51,101 bases of DNA from Syntrophaceae bacterium UBA4810 (GCA_002402545.1 DHGA01000064.1:654-51754); one strand, 5' to 3'. Shown: positions 8,657 to 18,636, counted from the first letter of the stretch. Translations and numbers: made by a program. Notes: a model not told the origin generated them from the sequence alone.

Positions 8657-10558
8657 TTACAACACATATTCATTATTATACGGCTTATATTCCGGAACGA
8701 GTTTCTGAAGAAGATGTTTTATAGCTTTCGCGTCATGACGCTCGGCCGCTTTGACTAATTCGTCAATTTCCTTTTTTAACTCGACCCTCGCCTGTGACAA
8801 ATTTTCTGCGCCGTTAAATAATTGCTCGGAGCGGAGAACCATTACTTTTTCATGATTGGTGGGCAGAATACCTTCCCCTTCAGAAATAAGCTCTTCATAT
8901 AATTTTTCTCCATCACGCAACCCGGTATAAACGATTTTTACATCAATATCCGGTTCTTTTCCCGAAAGACGGATTAAATCGCGTGCCATATCAGCAATTT
9001 TAACTGGTGTTCCCATGCGCAAAATAAATATTTCTCCGCCTTCCCCCATAGTACCGGCCTGCAATATCAACTGAGAAGCCTCAGGAATGGTCATGAAGTA
9101 ACGAGTAACTTCAGGGTGCGTCACCGTAACAGGGCCGCCCTGCTCTATCTGCCTACGAAATAGTGGAACAACCGAACCAGAAGAACCGACAACATTGCCA
9201 AAACGCACCGCCATAAAACGCGTGACGCTGCCATGTAAAGACTGCATTATCAATTCTGTTACCCTCTTGCTGGCGCCCATAACGTTGGTGGGACGCACCG
9301 CTTTATCGGTTGAAACCAGAACAAATTTTTCGACACCATATTTAATAGAAATTTCCATAGCATTTCGGCTGCCGATAATATTATTAAAAACAGCCTCCCA
9401 CGGGTTTGCTTCCAGCATGGGAACATGCTTGTAAGCCGCGGCATGAAAAACCACTTCCGGTTTATACTGATTAAAAATGTCGCTCATTAATTTATCATCC
9501 TGAACCGACCCTAAAATCGCCTGGCAATTTTTAAATGCTTTCTCGTTTTGTATTTCCATCTGGATATAAAAAAGATTTGCTTCGCTCGCATCAAGCAATG
9601 CTATCAAACGCGGGTTGTATTTAACAATTTGCCGACACAATTCCGAACCGATCGAACCGCCGCAACCGGTAACAAGAACATTCTTTCCGCTTAAAAAGTG
9701 GCGGATACCTTCAATATTTAATTTAACCTCCGGCCTGCCTAAAAGATCTTCATAACTGACATCACGCAGAACTTTCACGCTAACACGACCATCAATAAGC
9801 CCTCCGATTGAAGGCAATACCTTATAAGGAACGCCGCACTGCGTACATGCTTCAACGATACGCCGAAGCTGATCACCGCTGGCCGATGGAACGGCAACAA
9901 GTATTTCTTCAATATCTTTTGACTCAATAATATTCGCCATATTATGAACTGAGCCCATAACTCGAATGCCATGAATCGACCGACCTTTTTTTGACGGATC
10001 ATCATCAATAAAGCCTGCAACGCTATAATCTAACTGGTAATTATCGAATATTTCTCTTAATATTTTTTCACCGGCATCACCGGCACCAATAATCAATACT
10101 TTTTTTGTATGAGGTTTTATCTTACGGCTTTCACCAGATTTGACGCCAACAACGGAAAAATATGATCGAATAGCCATCCGCACCGCACCCGCCAGAAGAA
10201 AAGTAATTAACCCATCGGCAATAAATACAACACGGGAATAACCAGCGAATCTGTTCACGTAAAGGATAATGGCCATGATAATTAATGTGGCCAGCAAGCA
10301 AGCGCGCGCCAGCAACCAGAAATCGCGGATGCTCGTATAACGCCACATGCCGCGATAAAGCCCCATAGAGATAAACACGACGCTTTTAAATGGCACAACC
10401 CAGATAAGCATCTTGAACATTTGCTGTTTAAAAAAAGCATCAGGCGCAAACTCAAAACGAAACATATATGCCGAAATCAACGCGACGGCAAAAACAGCCG
10501 CGTCACTTAAGATCATTAAATATAATTTGGGATCTCTTAATTGAGGATTTAATATCAT
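8657..10558 (-). CDS. Membrane-bound UDP-GlcNAc 4,6-dehydratase (PglF/WbpM/CapD family)
   Basis: Four N-terminal TM helices plus IIGAGDAG, EDLLGR, GCGGSIGSELCRQI, HAAAYKHVP, STDKAVRPTNVMGASKR, RFGNVVGSSGSV and GEKLYEEL. Confidence 0.95.
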   Translation of the reverse strand: MILNPQLRDPKLYLMILSDAAVFAVALISAYMFRFEFAPDAFFKQQMFKMLIWVVPFKSVVFISMGLYRGMWRYTSIRDFWLLARACLLATLIIMAIILYVNRFAGYSRVVFIADGLITFLLAGAVRMAIRSYFSVVGVKSGESRKIKPHTKKVLIIGAGDAGEKILREIFDNYQLDYSVAGFIDDDPSKKGRSIHGIRVMGSVHNMANIIESKDIEEILVAVPSASGDQLRRIVEACTQCGVPYKVLPSIGGLIDGRVSVKVLRDVSYEDLLGRPEVKLNIEGIRHFLSGKNVLVTGCGGSIGSELCRQIVKYNPRLIALLDASEANLFYIQMEIQNEKAFKNCQAILGSVQDDKLMSDIFNQYKPEVVFHAAAYKHVPMLEANPWEAVFNNIIGSRNAMEISIKYGVEKFVLVSTDKAVRPTNVMGASKRVTELIMQSLHGSVTRFMAVRFGNVVGSSGSVVPLFRRQIEQGGPVTVTHPEVTRYFMTIPEASQLILQAGTMGEGGEIFILRMGTPVKIADMARDLIRLSGKEPDIDVKIVYTGLRDGEKLYEELISEGEGILPTNHEKVMVLRSEQLFNGAENLSQARVELKKEIDELVKAAERHDAKAIKHLLQKLVPEYKPYNNEYVL

Positions 10559-10602
10559 TTTATTGTCACGCTTATTTCACAATAAATATTTAAAAACTGT
10601 TT

Positions 10603-11028
10603 GGGAGCTTTGCACCATACCCACATTGTCTTTGCAAACAAAGTGAAGCAATCTCAAATATCCTTACTTTCAATTGGAGACATTTGCAGAACCTTATAAA
10701 TCCAGCACCTTTGTCATACCGGCGTAGGCCGGTATCCGGCATTATCAAGTATTTCCTAGATTCCGGCTTTCGCCGGAATGACGGATAGAGGAGATTTGCG
10801 CAATACCAATTCGTTCATTGCGAATGACGCGTAAGCCGCCTTTCGTCATTGCGAGCCCCACGTAAGCGGGGCGAAGCAATCTGTTCGTGCGATACCGAGA
10901 TTGCTTCGCTCATTGCCTTCCCCCACGCACTTTGCTCGGGGCTTCGGCTCACCGCAAAAACAGCTTGAGATCGCGTCGTCGCATTAATGCTCCTTGCGAT
11001 GACAAAAAAGCGATTGTGCAAAGCGCTC
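10603..11028. mobile_element. Composite MITE/REP-like palindromic element cluster
   Basis: TIR-like ends GGGAGCTTTGCACCA (10603), GAGACATTTGCAGAA (10677) and TTGTGCAAAGCGCTC (11014-11028). Internal units GTCATACCGGCGTAGGCCGGTATCC...GATTCCGGCTTTCGCCGGAATGAC and GTCATTGCGAG...GAAGCAATC...GAGATTGCTTCG. Confidence 0.8.
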
Positions 11029-11102
11029 ATTACAATTCAGATCGCTGATATCGTACAATACTTTTATGTAAATTGGAACATCGTGGAATAAAAATCAACT
11101 GC

Positions 11103-13013
11103 TTATTTCTTTGGTTTAGCAATCATTTTACGCTTCAGCAAAAACTCCTCGATTACATCAACACATTTATCCACGGAACATTTTTGCGTATCTAAAGTAA
11201 GCTCCGGTTTTCCCGGCGCTTCATACGGGGAATCAATACCGGTGAAGCCGGGAATTTGCCCGCTTCTCGCTTTTTTATACAGACCGTTCGGGTCTCTTTT
11301 TTGACATTCATCAATCGGGCAGTCAACGTATATTTCGACAAACCTTCCGGTATCAAACAAATTTCTCACAAAATTCCGGTCTTCTTTAAAGGGAGAGATG
11401 AAGGTACACAAAACAATGTTACCGTGTTCGAAAAATAGTCTGGCCGTCTCGCCCGCCCGGCGGATATTTTCTTTTCTGTCCGCTGTGGAAAAAGCAAGAT
11501 CCGAACAAAGGCCGTGCCGGATAATATCGCCGTCGAGCATCGCCGTTTTATAGCCTCGCTCAAACAACTGGCGTTCCAATTTCATGGCGATAGTCGATTT
11601 GCCGGAGCCGGAAAGCCCGGTGAACCAAAGCACCACGGCCTTATGCCCGCTTTGCTTTTCGCGCTCGGCAAGTCCGATGTGGTAATCGCGCCAAACAGTG
11701 TGCGGTGATTTTTTCTGTTTTACGCCTTCTTTAGTCTCGGCAGGGACATAATCTTCAACATGACGTGAGGCATCGCGAATCATGCCCGCGGCCACGGTTT
11801 TGTTCGTCAACGGATCAATCAGTATAAATCTGCCCGTGGCATGATTAATTTTGTAAGGGTCAAAAAATATAGGCGCCGCGAGCTTAAGTTCCACGCGCCC
11901 TATATCATTTAGCGAAAATGTCTCTGCCGGCTGGCGATGCAAAGTATTCACATCTATTTTATAAACGATGCTTTTTACAGAAGCCCGGACAGATCTTGTA
12001 GTGTGCTTCATTATAAAGGATGAATTAATGGTCATGGGCTCATCATTCATCCAGCATATTATCGCCTCCAGAGAACTTTCTATTAACGGCAGGTTTTTTT
12101 TGCGGACAATCATATCGCCGCGGCTGACATCTATTTCGTCATTTAAGGTAAGAACAACTGACTGCGGCGCGAAAGCTTCTGTTAATTCACCGTCATAAGT
12201 GTTTATTGTTTTGATGGAAGTGATTTTCCCGGAAGGCAGAGCAACCACTTCTTCGGACGGGCTTATTGTTCCGGAAACAATTTTCCCGGCAAAGCCGCGG
12301 AAATCCGCGCTTGGCCTGAGAACATACTGAACAGGAAAACGAAAATCCACCAGGTTTCTATCCGCGGACACATTAAGCTTTTCCAGATTATGGAGCAATG
12401 TTGTGCCTTCATACCAGGGCATTTTTTTACTTTTCACGGCAACGTTATCGCCTTTAAGGGCGGAAACGGGGATAAAAACGATATCGTGAATATCAAGTTT
12501 CTGCGAATAATCTGTATATTCCTCGACAACGCGGGAAAATACCTCCTGCGAATAGTCCATCAGATCCATTTTATTTACCGCGACAATCAAATGCGGAATC
12601 TGAAGAAGGGATATTAAGAAACCGTGTCTTTTGGATTGCGTCAATACGCCGTTGCGCGCGTCAATCAAAATAACAGCGCAATCCGCTTTGGACGCACCCG
12701 TCACCATATTTTTCGTATATTGCACGTGACCCGGGGAATCCGTGATAATAAATTTCCTTTTTTCCGTTTCGAAATAACGATAAGCCACATCAATGGTAAT
12801 GCCCTGCTCTCTTTCCGCAGCCAGACCATCGAGCAAATAAGCAAGCTCTACTTCTTTAAGCCCTTTCTTCTTTGATGTTTTTTCAATCGCCGTGTACTGG
12901 TCTTCAAAAATTGACTTTGTCTCGTATAAAAGCCGGCCGATTAACGTGGATTTGCCGTCATCAACGCTGCCTGTCGTCACAAAACGCAACAATGATTTCT
13001 CGCCGGTCGGCAT
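11103..13013 (-). CDS. cysNC: Bifunctional sulfate adenylyltransferase large subunit / APS kinase (CysNC, NodQ-type fusion)
   Basis: GTPase motifs GSVDDGKSTLIGRLL, AEREQGITIDVAYRYF, DSPGH and NKMD. The C-terminal kinase has WFTGLSGSGKST, LDGD, RDPNGLY and FTGIDSPYE. Confidence 0.96.
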   Translation of the reverse strand: MPTGEKSLLRFVTTGSVDDGKSTLIGRLLYETKSIFEDQYTAIEKTSKKKGLKEVELAYLLDGLAAEREQGITIDVAYRYFETEKRKFIITDSPGHVQYTKNMVTGASKADCAVILIDARNGVLTQSKRHGFLISLLQIPHLIVAVNKMDLMDYSQEVFSRVVEEYTDYSQKLDIHDIVFIPVSALKGDNVAVKSKKMPWYEGTTLLHNLEKLNVSADRNLVDFRFPVQYVLRPSADFRGFAGKIVSGTISPSEEVVALPSGKITSIKTINTYDGELTEAFAPQSVVLTLNDEIDVSRGDMIVRKKNLPLIESSLEAIICWMNDEPMTINSSFIMKHTTRSVRASVKSIVYKIDVNTLHRQPAETFSLNDIGRVELKLAAPIFFDPYKINHATGRFILIDPLTNKTVAAGMIRDASRHVEDYVPAETKEGVKQKKSPHTVWRDYHIGLAEREKQSGHKAVVLWFTGLSGSGKSTIAMKLERQLFERGYKTAMLDGDIIRHGLCSDLAFSTADRKENIRRAGETARLFFEHGNIVLCTFISPFKEDRNFVRNLFDTGRFVEIYVDCPIDECQKRDPNGLYKKARSGQIPGFTGIDSPYEAPGKPELTLDTQKCSVDKCVDVIEEFLLKRKMIAKPKK

Positions 13014-13939
13014 CAGAAATATCCTTCTTTCTTTTTCTGTTCCATGGAACTGTCGCTGGTCAGATCAATAACGCGGTTTTCCCGTTCCGATTTAGTTGTT
13101 GTCCGGACTTCTGAAATAATTTCATCAAAGGTTATCGCCTTGGAAGCAATCGCTCCCGTGCAGGGAATACAGCCTAAAGAACGAAAACGGCAAATTATTT
13201 TTTTTGTTTTTACGTGGACAATGTCTGTTTGTGTATATTCTTGTCCGGTCGAACAGGAAGACACGGGAATAAGGATGCCGTTGCGCACAATCACTTCTCT
13301 TTCCTGTGCAAAATAAATAGGCACAACCGGAATATTCTCGCTTTTTATATATTGCCAGATGTCCTTTTCCGTCCAGTTGCTGAGCGGAAACACCCGCATG
13401 GATTCATCTTCGTTGATGCGCGTGTTATATATGTCCCAAAGCTCGGGACGCTGATTCTTCGGATCCCATTGGCCGAAAGAGTCGCGCAGGGAAAAAACTC
13501 TTTCTTTTGCGCGTGATTTTTCCTCTTCCCGTCTCGCGCCGCCGATGGCGGCGTCAAAGCCGTGTTTGCGCAAGGCGTCCAGCAGCGCGCCTGTTTTTAA
13601 GTATGAGCAACACTTGTCCACTCCCATTTTAAGAGGATGGCAGCCGCGGGCAATCCATTCTTCATTTCTTTCCACAATAAGAGTCGCGTCAATCTTTTTA
13701 CAAAATTCATCGCGAAATTCATACATTTCCGGAAATTTATATCCGGTATCGACATGCATCAAAGGAAAAGGGATTCTGCCGGGATAGAAAGCTTTTTGCG
13801 CCAGCCGCACCATAACGCTCGAGTCTTTTCCCACGGAATAAAGCATAACCGGATTTTTAAATTCCGCGGCAACTTCTCGCATTATATCTATTGATTCCGC
13901 TTCCAGTTGGCGCAGATATGACAAGCTTAATGAATTCAT
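13013..13939 (-). CDS. cysD: Sulfate adenylyltransferase small subunit
   Basis: Motifs [39 protein letters not shown] and a C-terminal [11 protein letters not shown]. Its stop overlaps the cysNC start. Confidence 0.96.
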   Translation of the reverse strand: MNSLSLSYLRQLEAESIDIMREVAAEFKNPVMLYSVGKDSSVMVRLAQKAFYPGRIPFPLMHVDTGYKFPEMYEFRDEFCKKIDATLIVERNEEWIARGCHPLKMGVDKCCSYLKTGALLDALRKHGFDAAIGGARREEEKSRAKERVFSLRDSFGQWDPKNQRPELWDIYNTRINEDESMRVFPLSNWTEKDIWQYIKSENIPVVPIYFAQEREVIVRNGILIPVSSCSTGQEYTQTDIVHVKTKKIICRFRSLGCIPCTGAIASKAITFDEIISEVRTTTKSERENRVIDLTSDSSMEQKKKEGYF

Positions 13940-13941
13940 TA

Positions 13942-14739
13942 TTAACTTATTTCTCCGGTAATATAAGCTCTGGTTTTTTCATCACGCGGCTCACTGAAGA
14001 ATTGGCCTGCCGTTGCGTGTTCAACCAGATCTCCCATATACAAAAATATTATATAATCAGCCAATCTTTTGGCCTGACGCAAAATATGCGTGACAAAAAT
14101 GATGGTGTAGTCTTGTTTGAGTATTTTGAACTGTGTTTCCACAAGTTTGGCCGAAATCGGGTCAAGAGCTGAAGTCGGTTCGTCGGCCAAAATAATTTCA
14201 GGCTCTATCGAAAGAACACGCGCCAGGGCAAGGCGCTGCTGCTGACCAATGGATAATTTCGCCGCGGGAGAATGAAGCCGGTCTTTTACTTCATCCCAAA
14301 GACCCGCGAGGCTGAGATAATGTTCCACAAACCTTCGCATTCCTTCTTTTTTGCCGGTCTCTTCCTGTGCTCCGGAAACAGCCGGCGTGGAGGAGATATC
14401 CAATCCGTGTATTTTCGGCCCGAAAGCGACATTGTCAAAAATAGACATAGGCAAAGGATAAGGATGCTGGGGAAGGAATCCCACTCTTTTTCTGAGAGCG
14501 GTAACGTCAATATCCGGACGATAAATATTTTCGCCGTCAATAAATATTTCGCCTTTCACCGCGACATCTTCATTTAAATCAAGCAATCTGTTCATGCTTT
14601 TTAATAAAGTGGTTTTCCCGCAACCTGATGGCCCAATCACGGCGATAATCTGACGGTCCGGAATATCCAGGCTGACATTTTTCAGCACCTGATGGTTACC
14701 GTAAGAAATGGACAATTGTTTAATTTTTATTCTCGACAT
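13942..14739 (-). CDS. pstB: PstB-like ABC transporter ATPase
   Basis: Motifs [37 protein letters not shown] and DEPTSALDP. Confidence 0.9.
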   Translation of the reverse strand: MSRIKIKQLSISYGNHQVLKNVSLDIPDRQIIAVIGPSGCGKTTLLKSMNRLLDLNEDVAVKGEIFIDGENIYRPDIDVTALRKRVGFLPQHPYPLPMSIFDNVAFGPKIHGLDISSTPAVSGAQEETGKKEGMRRFVEHYLSLAGLWDEVKDRLHSPAAKLSIGQQQRLALARVLSIEPEIILADEPTSALDPISAKLVETQFKILKQDYTIIFVTHILRQAKRLADYIIFLYMGDLVEHATAGQFFSEPRDEKTRAYITGEIS

Positions 14740-14746
14740 CTTGTTT

Positions 14747-15595
14747 CTATCTCACAATATTTTTTGCAAACCGCCAGCCCAGTAGACGGGCAATAATATT
14801 AATCAACATTACTATAAATAATAAAATCAAAGCGGCGGCGTAAGCTCTCGCCTGCACTTCCGGCACGGGAGTTCCAATCTGAAAAAAAACAGCCAGCGGC
14901 AAAGAGGCCACAGGGTCAAGCAACGATGTGGGTATTTCATCCGTGTATCCAGCCGTGAAAAGGATAGACGCGGCATCGCCGATACCGCGTCCAAAGGCAA
15001 GAATAACAGCCGTAAATATTCCGGGCAAGGATTGTTTCAGCACAACGGCTAACGTTGTCTCCGCTCTTGTTGTACCCAACGCGTAAGCCATTTCCTTTAG
15101 CTCAAAAGGCACCAGCCTGATTGCTTCATCCATCGCGCGAATCATAATAGGAATGATTAGCAGAGTCAACACAACTATCCCGCCGAGAAGAGATGCTCTC
15201 ATGCCCAGAAATACCATAATAACAAAACCAAACGCGCCATAAACAATCGAAGGTGTTCCCCAAAGAATATCCAAAATCAACCTTGTAAAATCAGCGAAAC
15301 GCCTGCTCAGATATTCTTTCTGCAGGGCAAGCGCGGCGGGAAGACTGATGATAAAAGCTGAAATTGTCGCGCCCGCCATCAGATAAAGCGACCCGACAAT
15401 AGCGTTGGCAATGCCTCCCTCTTTGCCGAGGTAATAACCTCCTTTTGGCGTCTCGATGATCATGGACAAATTGAGAGACGACAGTCCCTTTACGGCAACA
15501 ACAAGAATAATTCCCGCCAGCGCCGCGAAAACCAGCAAAAGCGAGACAATCATCAGTCCTTTAAAAATGTTTTCTTCCAGCTTTCTTTTTTTCAT
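14747..15595 (-). CDS. pstA: PstA-like ABC permease
   Basis: Motifs GGIANAIVGS, PSIVYGAFG, AYALG and RGIGDAA. Confidence 0.88.
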   Translation of the reverse strand: MKKRKLEENIFKGLMIVSLLLVFAALAGIILVVAVKGLSSLNLSMIIETPKGGYYLGKEGGIANAIVGSLYLMAGATISAFIISLPAALALQKEYLSRRFADFTRLILDILWGTPSIVYGAFGFVIMVFLGMRASLLGGIVVLTLLIIPIMIRAMDEAIRLVPFELKEMAYALGTTRAETTLAVVLKQSLPGIFTAVILAFGRGIGDAASILFTAGYTDEIPTSLLDPVASLPLAVFFQIGTPVPEVQARAYAAALILLFIVMLINIIARLLGWRFAKNIVR

Positions 15596-15597
15596 TA

Positions 15598-16494
15598 TTA
15601 TATTGTTTTCCCTAATTTAAGAAGCGCGTAATGCGCTGTAAGGCTAAATATTGTTACAATAAGCATAAGAATTAGCGCCGCGGACATCAGCGCGGCATCA
15701 TATAAGGGAATGGACATCACTTCTCCATAGTTATTGGCAATAAGCGCGGGCAAGGGATAAGCGGCATCGAAAACCGATTTAGGCACCTGAGCGACATTGC
15801 CGACAACCATCAGGACAGCCATCGTTTCACCAAAAGCGCGGGCAAAGCCCAAAACGGTTGCGGCAATCAGCCCGCTTCTTGCCTTTTTTAATATGACGTA
15901 TTTCACTGTTTCCCACCTGGTGGCCCCCAGCGCGAGAGCGCTCTCCCTATAAGGCTCAGGCACCATTCTTAATACTTCCATGGAAATGGAAACAATAAAA
16001 GGAATGACCATCACGGCTAAAACAATCCCTCCGGCAAGCAGACTGTACCCGGTAGTTTGTATACCAATTAGTTCTCCTGTAAATTCAACAAATGGAACAA
16101 CTACTAAAATACCGCACAAACCGTAAACAACAGAAGGAATCCCCGCGAGAATATCAATAAAAAAACGGGAAATCTCCCGGAATCTTCTTTTGGCATATTC
16201 CGAAAGATAAATGGAGGTAAGCATACAAATCGGCAAAGCGATAATCATTGCCAGCAAAGTTACCTCAATTGTGCCGATAATAAACGGAAACAGGCCGAAT
16301 TCATTTTTCATCGGATGCCAGGATGAAGAAAACAATAATTCCGGCAGGGAAACAATAGAAAGAATAGGCCTGGCCTTTAAAAAAAGACCAAAAATAATCA
16401 GTAGCGCCAGAAAAATAATAAAAATCAGAAAACTGCGCGCGAAAACCGCCGCTATTATGTCCTTTGCTTTTCTTTTTTTCAGCGAGTTGCTCAT
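15598..16494 (-). CDS. pstC: PstC-like ABC permease
   Basis: Motifs YLSEYA, LAGIPSVVYGL, ALALGATRWET and RAFGETMAVLMV. Confidence 0.9.
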   Translation of the reverse strand: MSNSLKKRKAKDIIAAVFARSFLIFIIFLALLIIFGLFLKARPILSIVSLPELLFSSSWHPMKNEFGLFPFIIGTIEVTLLAMIIALPICMLTSIYLSEYAKRRFREISRFFIDILAGIPSVVYGLCGILVVVPFVEFTGELIGIQTTGYSLLAGGIVLAVMVIPFIVSISMEVLRMVPEPYRESALALGATRWETVKYVILKKARSGLIAATVLGFARAFGETMAVLMVVGNVAQVPKSVFDAAYPLPALIANNYGEVMSIPLYDAALMSAALILMLIVTIFSLTAHYALLKLGKTI

Positions 16495-16521
16495 ATCAAA
16501 ACAATTGCTTTTATTTATACC

Positions 16522-17508
16522 TTAGTAGCCCATTTTTTTTCCGGCATCGTTAATCTGTGATGAATTTAATTTCAAGTAACCCACTTCATCAACATATTTT
16601 TGCCCATCTGATAATATCCATTTGACAAATTCTTTCGCGGAACCGCTAAACGCTCCTTTGGTAACAAGATAAAGGTCTCTGGCGGGAGGCGAAGGATAAA
16701 CGCCGGCTTGCACCGCTTCTATCGCGTCTAGCTTAGTGTCAAGTTTTTCTTTTGGATCAATGCGGCCGTTGTTATTCACATCAATCGGCACAATTTTTAT
16801 CCCCGCGACAGGCATGCCTGTTTTCATGTCGTAGGCGTAATTAAGGTTATTGTAACCGATGCCGTCTTTATCTTTTCTGATTGCTTCCGCGATACCCGGA
16901 TCGCCATAAACAGCAACACCTTTGAGATCTTCCTGCTGGGCGCCCAGATATTTCGCCCATGTCTCCGCCGCGCCACAGGAATCAGAGCGGGTATAAACGC
17001 GAATTTTCCTGTTGCTGGATGTTCCCGTCGCTTCACCCCAGGTCAAATTTTGGCCTGATAGCCATAAATCGACGAAATCTTTTTTCTTCAATCCTTTTTG
17101 CGCCAACTCCTTTAAAACCGGGTTGGCGGAGTTTATCGTTGGGAATACCGCGTCTTTGACCACCGGCACATAAAATATTTTTTGTTTTAATTCTTCAGGC
17201 CTAAGGTCTCTGGAAACCATTCCGATATCAACCAGGCCGGAAAGCGCATCGGTCACGCCTTTGCCCGCACCGCCCGCAGAAATATCAATTCTGACCTTTG
17301 GATGTATTTTTTTAAATTCCTCAGCCCATTTGACCATCATCGGATAAAGCGCCCACGCTCCGGAAATAATGATTCTTTCTTCCGAAGCCGCTTGTTTTTC
17401 ATCACCGCGGGAACATGCCGTATACATGCCGATATAACAAAAGCAGAAGATAAGCAGGCTTACGAAAACAGCAAATTCTTTCCGGTTTATTTTAAACATT
17501 TTAGACAT
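16522..17508 (-). CDS. PstS-like oxyanion-binding protein with an atypical binding site (ligand uncertain)
   Basis: Signal peptide with a possible lipobox (YTAC). PstS-fold motifs SGAWALYP, GGAGKG, DIGMVSR, RSDSCGAAET, DGIGY and YP..R.LYL. Confidence 0.85.
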   Translation of the reverse strand: MSKMFKINRKEFAVFVSLLIFCFCYIGMYTACSRGDEKQAASEERIIISGAWALYPMMVKWAEEFKKIHPKVRIDISAGGAGKGVTDALSGLVDIGMVSRDLRPEELKQKIFYVPVVKDAVFPTINSANPVLKELAQKGLKKKDFVDLWLSGQNLTWGEATGTSSNRKIRVYTRSDSCGAAETWAKYLGAQQEDLKGVAVYGDPGIAEAIRKDKDGIGYNNLNYAYDMKTGMPVAGIKIVPIDVNNNGRIDPKEKLDTKLDAIEAVQAGVYPSPPARDLYLVTKGAFSGSAKEFVKWILSDGQKYVDEVGYLKLNSSQINDAGKKMGY

Positions 17509-17537
17509 TGCTGTATATCCTCCAAATTTAAATATTT

Positions 17538-18425
17538 TTAAGTTCCGGATAAATCCTCTTGGGACAACTCAAATTTTCGAGGCGCGAAACCAAAATCGTT
17601 TGTTGCTTCGTGATGATCAAAAACGAGATTTTGATTCATTCTTTCAGCCATGGCGGCAGACCAGTGGCGAAAACGCGGCAAAAAACGCAAAATAAATATT
17701 CCCGCCCGAAAAAGCCAAAGAGACAATACCACAAAACGAGGCTTTTTACCAAGTGATTCAAATACTTTTCCAACCATTTGCCGATAGGTCAGAGTTTCAC
17801 CGCCGGAAATATTATAAGACCGATTAAATGCTTTTTTTGTGCTGAGCGCGGCAATGCAGGCCAGAGCGACATCCCGCGCGTGTACCGGCTGGCGAAGCCC
17901 GCGCGCTTCCCCCATTAGCGGAAAAAAACAAAATCTTCGGATAAAACCGGCAATCACGCTGATATTTTTATCACGCCCCAATCCGTAAATAAGCGTAGGT
18001 CTCAAAATTGTCCATTGCAGATTATTCTGACCGGCCCAGCTTATAAATACTTCTTCGCCTTGTTTTAGTCTGTCTGCTAATATTTTTTCCTTGCTGTCTG
18101 CTGATAACTCTTTGGTAAAACGACTGGTTGAAGAAACCGCCACAACATGCTTGGCCCCGCAAGATAATAAAAGCGGAAAATATTGTGGCAGAACCCAGAT
18201 GGGGGCAAGACAAACCCATTTCGTTATTCTCCCCGCTCCAGGCGCATCCTTAATTGAAAGAGGATGCCAGGCGATATTTTGTTTTGCCGGTTGCTTTTTT
18301 ATGGTTAAGGCGCTACGTGAAAAAGCCGCAACACCATAACCTTCTTCAACAAGCAAAGGCAGCAGGCATGCACCGACCAAAGCTGTCGCGCCGATAACGC
18401 CCACGCGCCCTTTATCATTCTTCAT
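17538..18425 (-). CDS. NAD-dependent epimerase/dehydratase family protein (atypical SDR)
   Basis: Motifs VIGATALVG, SSTS, ILRPTLIYG, QPVHARDVA and YNISGGE. The ATG at 18425 is preferred over the TTG at 18461. Confidence 0.8.
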   Translation of the reverse strand: MKNDKGRVGVIGATALVGACLLPLLVEEGYGVAAFSRSALTIKKQPAKQNIAWHPLSIKDAPGAGRITKWVCLAPIWVLPQYFPLLLSCGAKHVVAVSSTSRFTKELSADSKEKILADRLKQGEEVFISWAGQNNLQWTILRPTLIYGLGRDKNISVIAGFIRRFCFFPLMGEARGLRQPVHARDVALACIAALSTKKAFNRSYNISGGETLTYRQMVGKVFESLGKKPRFVVLSLWLFRAGIFILRFLPRFRHWSAAMAERMNQNLVFDHHEATNDFGFAPRKFELSQEDLSGT

Positions 18426-18470
18426 GTTTTGAACCTTTGCCTGACCGGTTAGAGCCCCCAATTACATCAT

Positions 18471-18635
18471 GAGACCTTTGCACAATCTCTCTTATCGTCA
18501 TGCCGGCGAAAGCCGGTATCCAGGAAACACTTGATAATACTGGATTCCCCCGTATCAAGTACGGAGCAGGCTTGTCGCGCTGCGCTTGCACGGAATGACA
18601 AAATTGTAAGTTTTATGTAGTTGTGCAAGGGTCTC
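18471..18635. mobile_element. 165-bp MITE-like element with 15-bp terminal inverted repeats
   Basis: GAGACCTTTGCACAA...TTGTGCAAGGGTCTC is a 14/15 inverted match. It contains the hairpin GTCATGCCGGCGAAAGCCGGTATCC and is an inverted homologue of 10677-10805. Confidence 0.85.
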
Positions 18636-18636
18636 A

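Noticed and set aside
10677-11030. Clustered palindromes as a CRISPR array, tRNA or riboswitch; 71-aa ORF at 10815-11030
   Set aside because: There is no regular repeat-spacer period, no cas gene and no cloverleaf. The ORF lies wholly inside the repeat element.
11103-13939. Sulfate activation genes as evidence of dissimilatory sulfate reduction
   Set aside because: CysDN(C) is the GTP-dependent assimilatory/PAPS type. No sat, aprAB or dsr genes are present.
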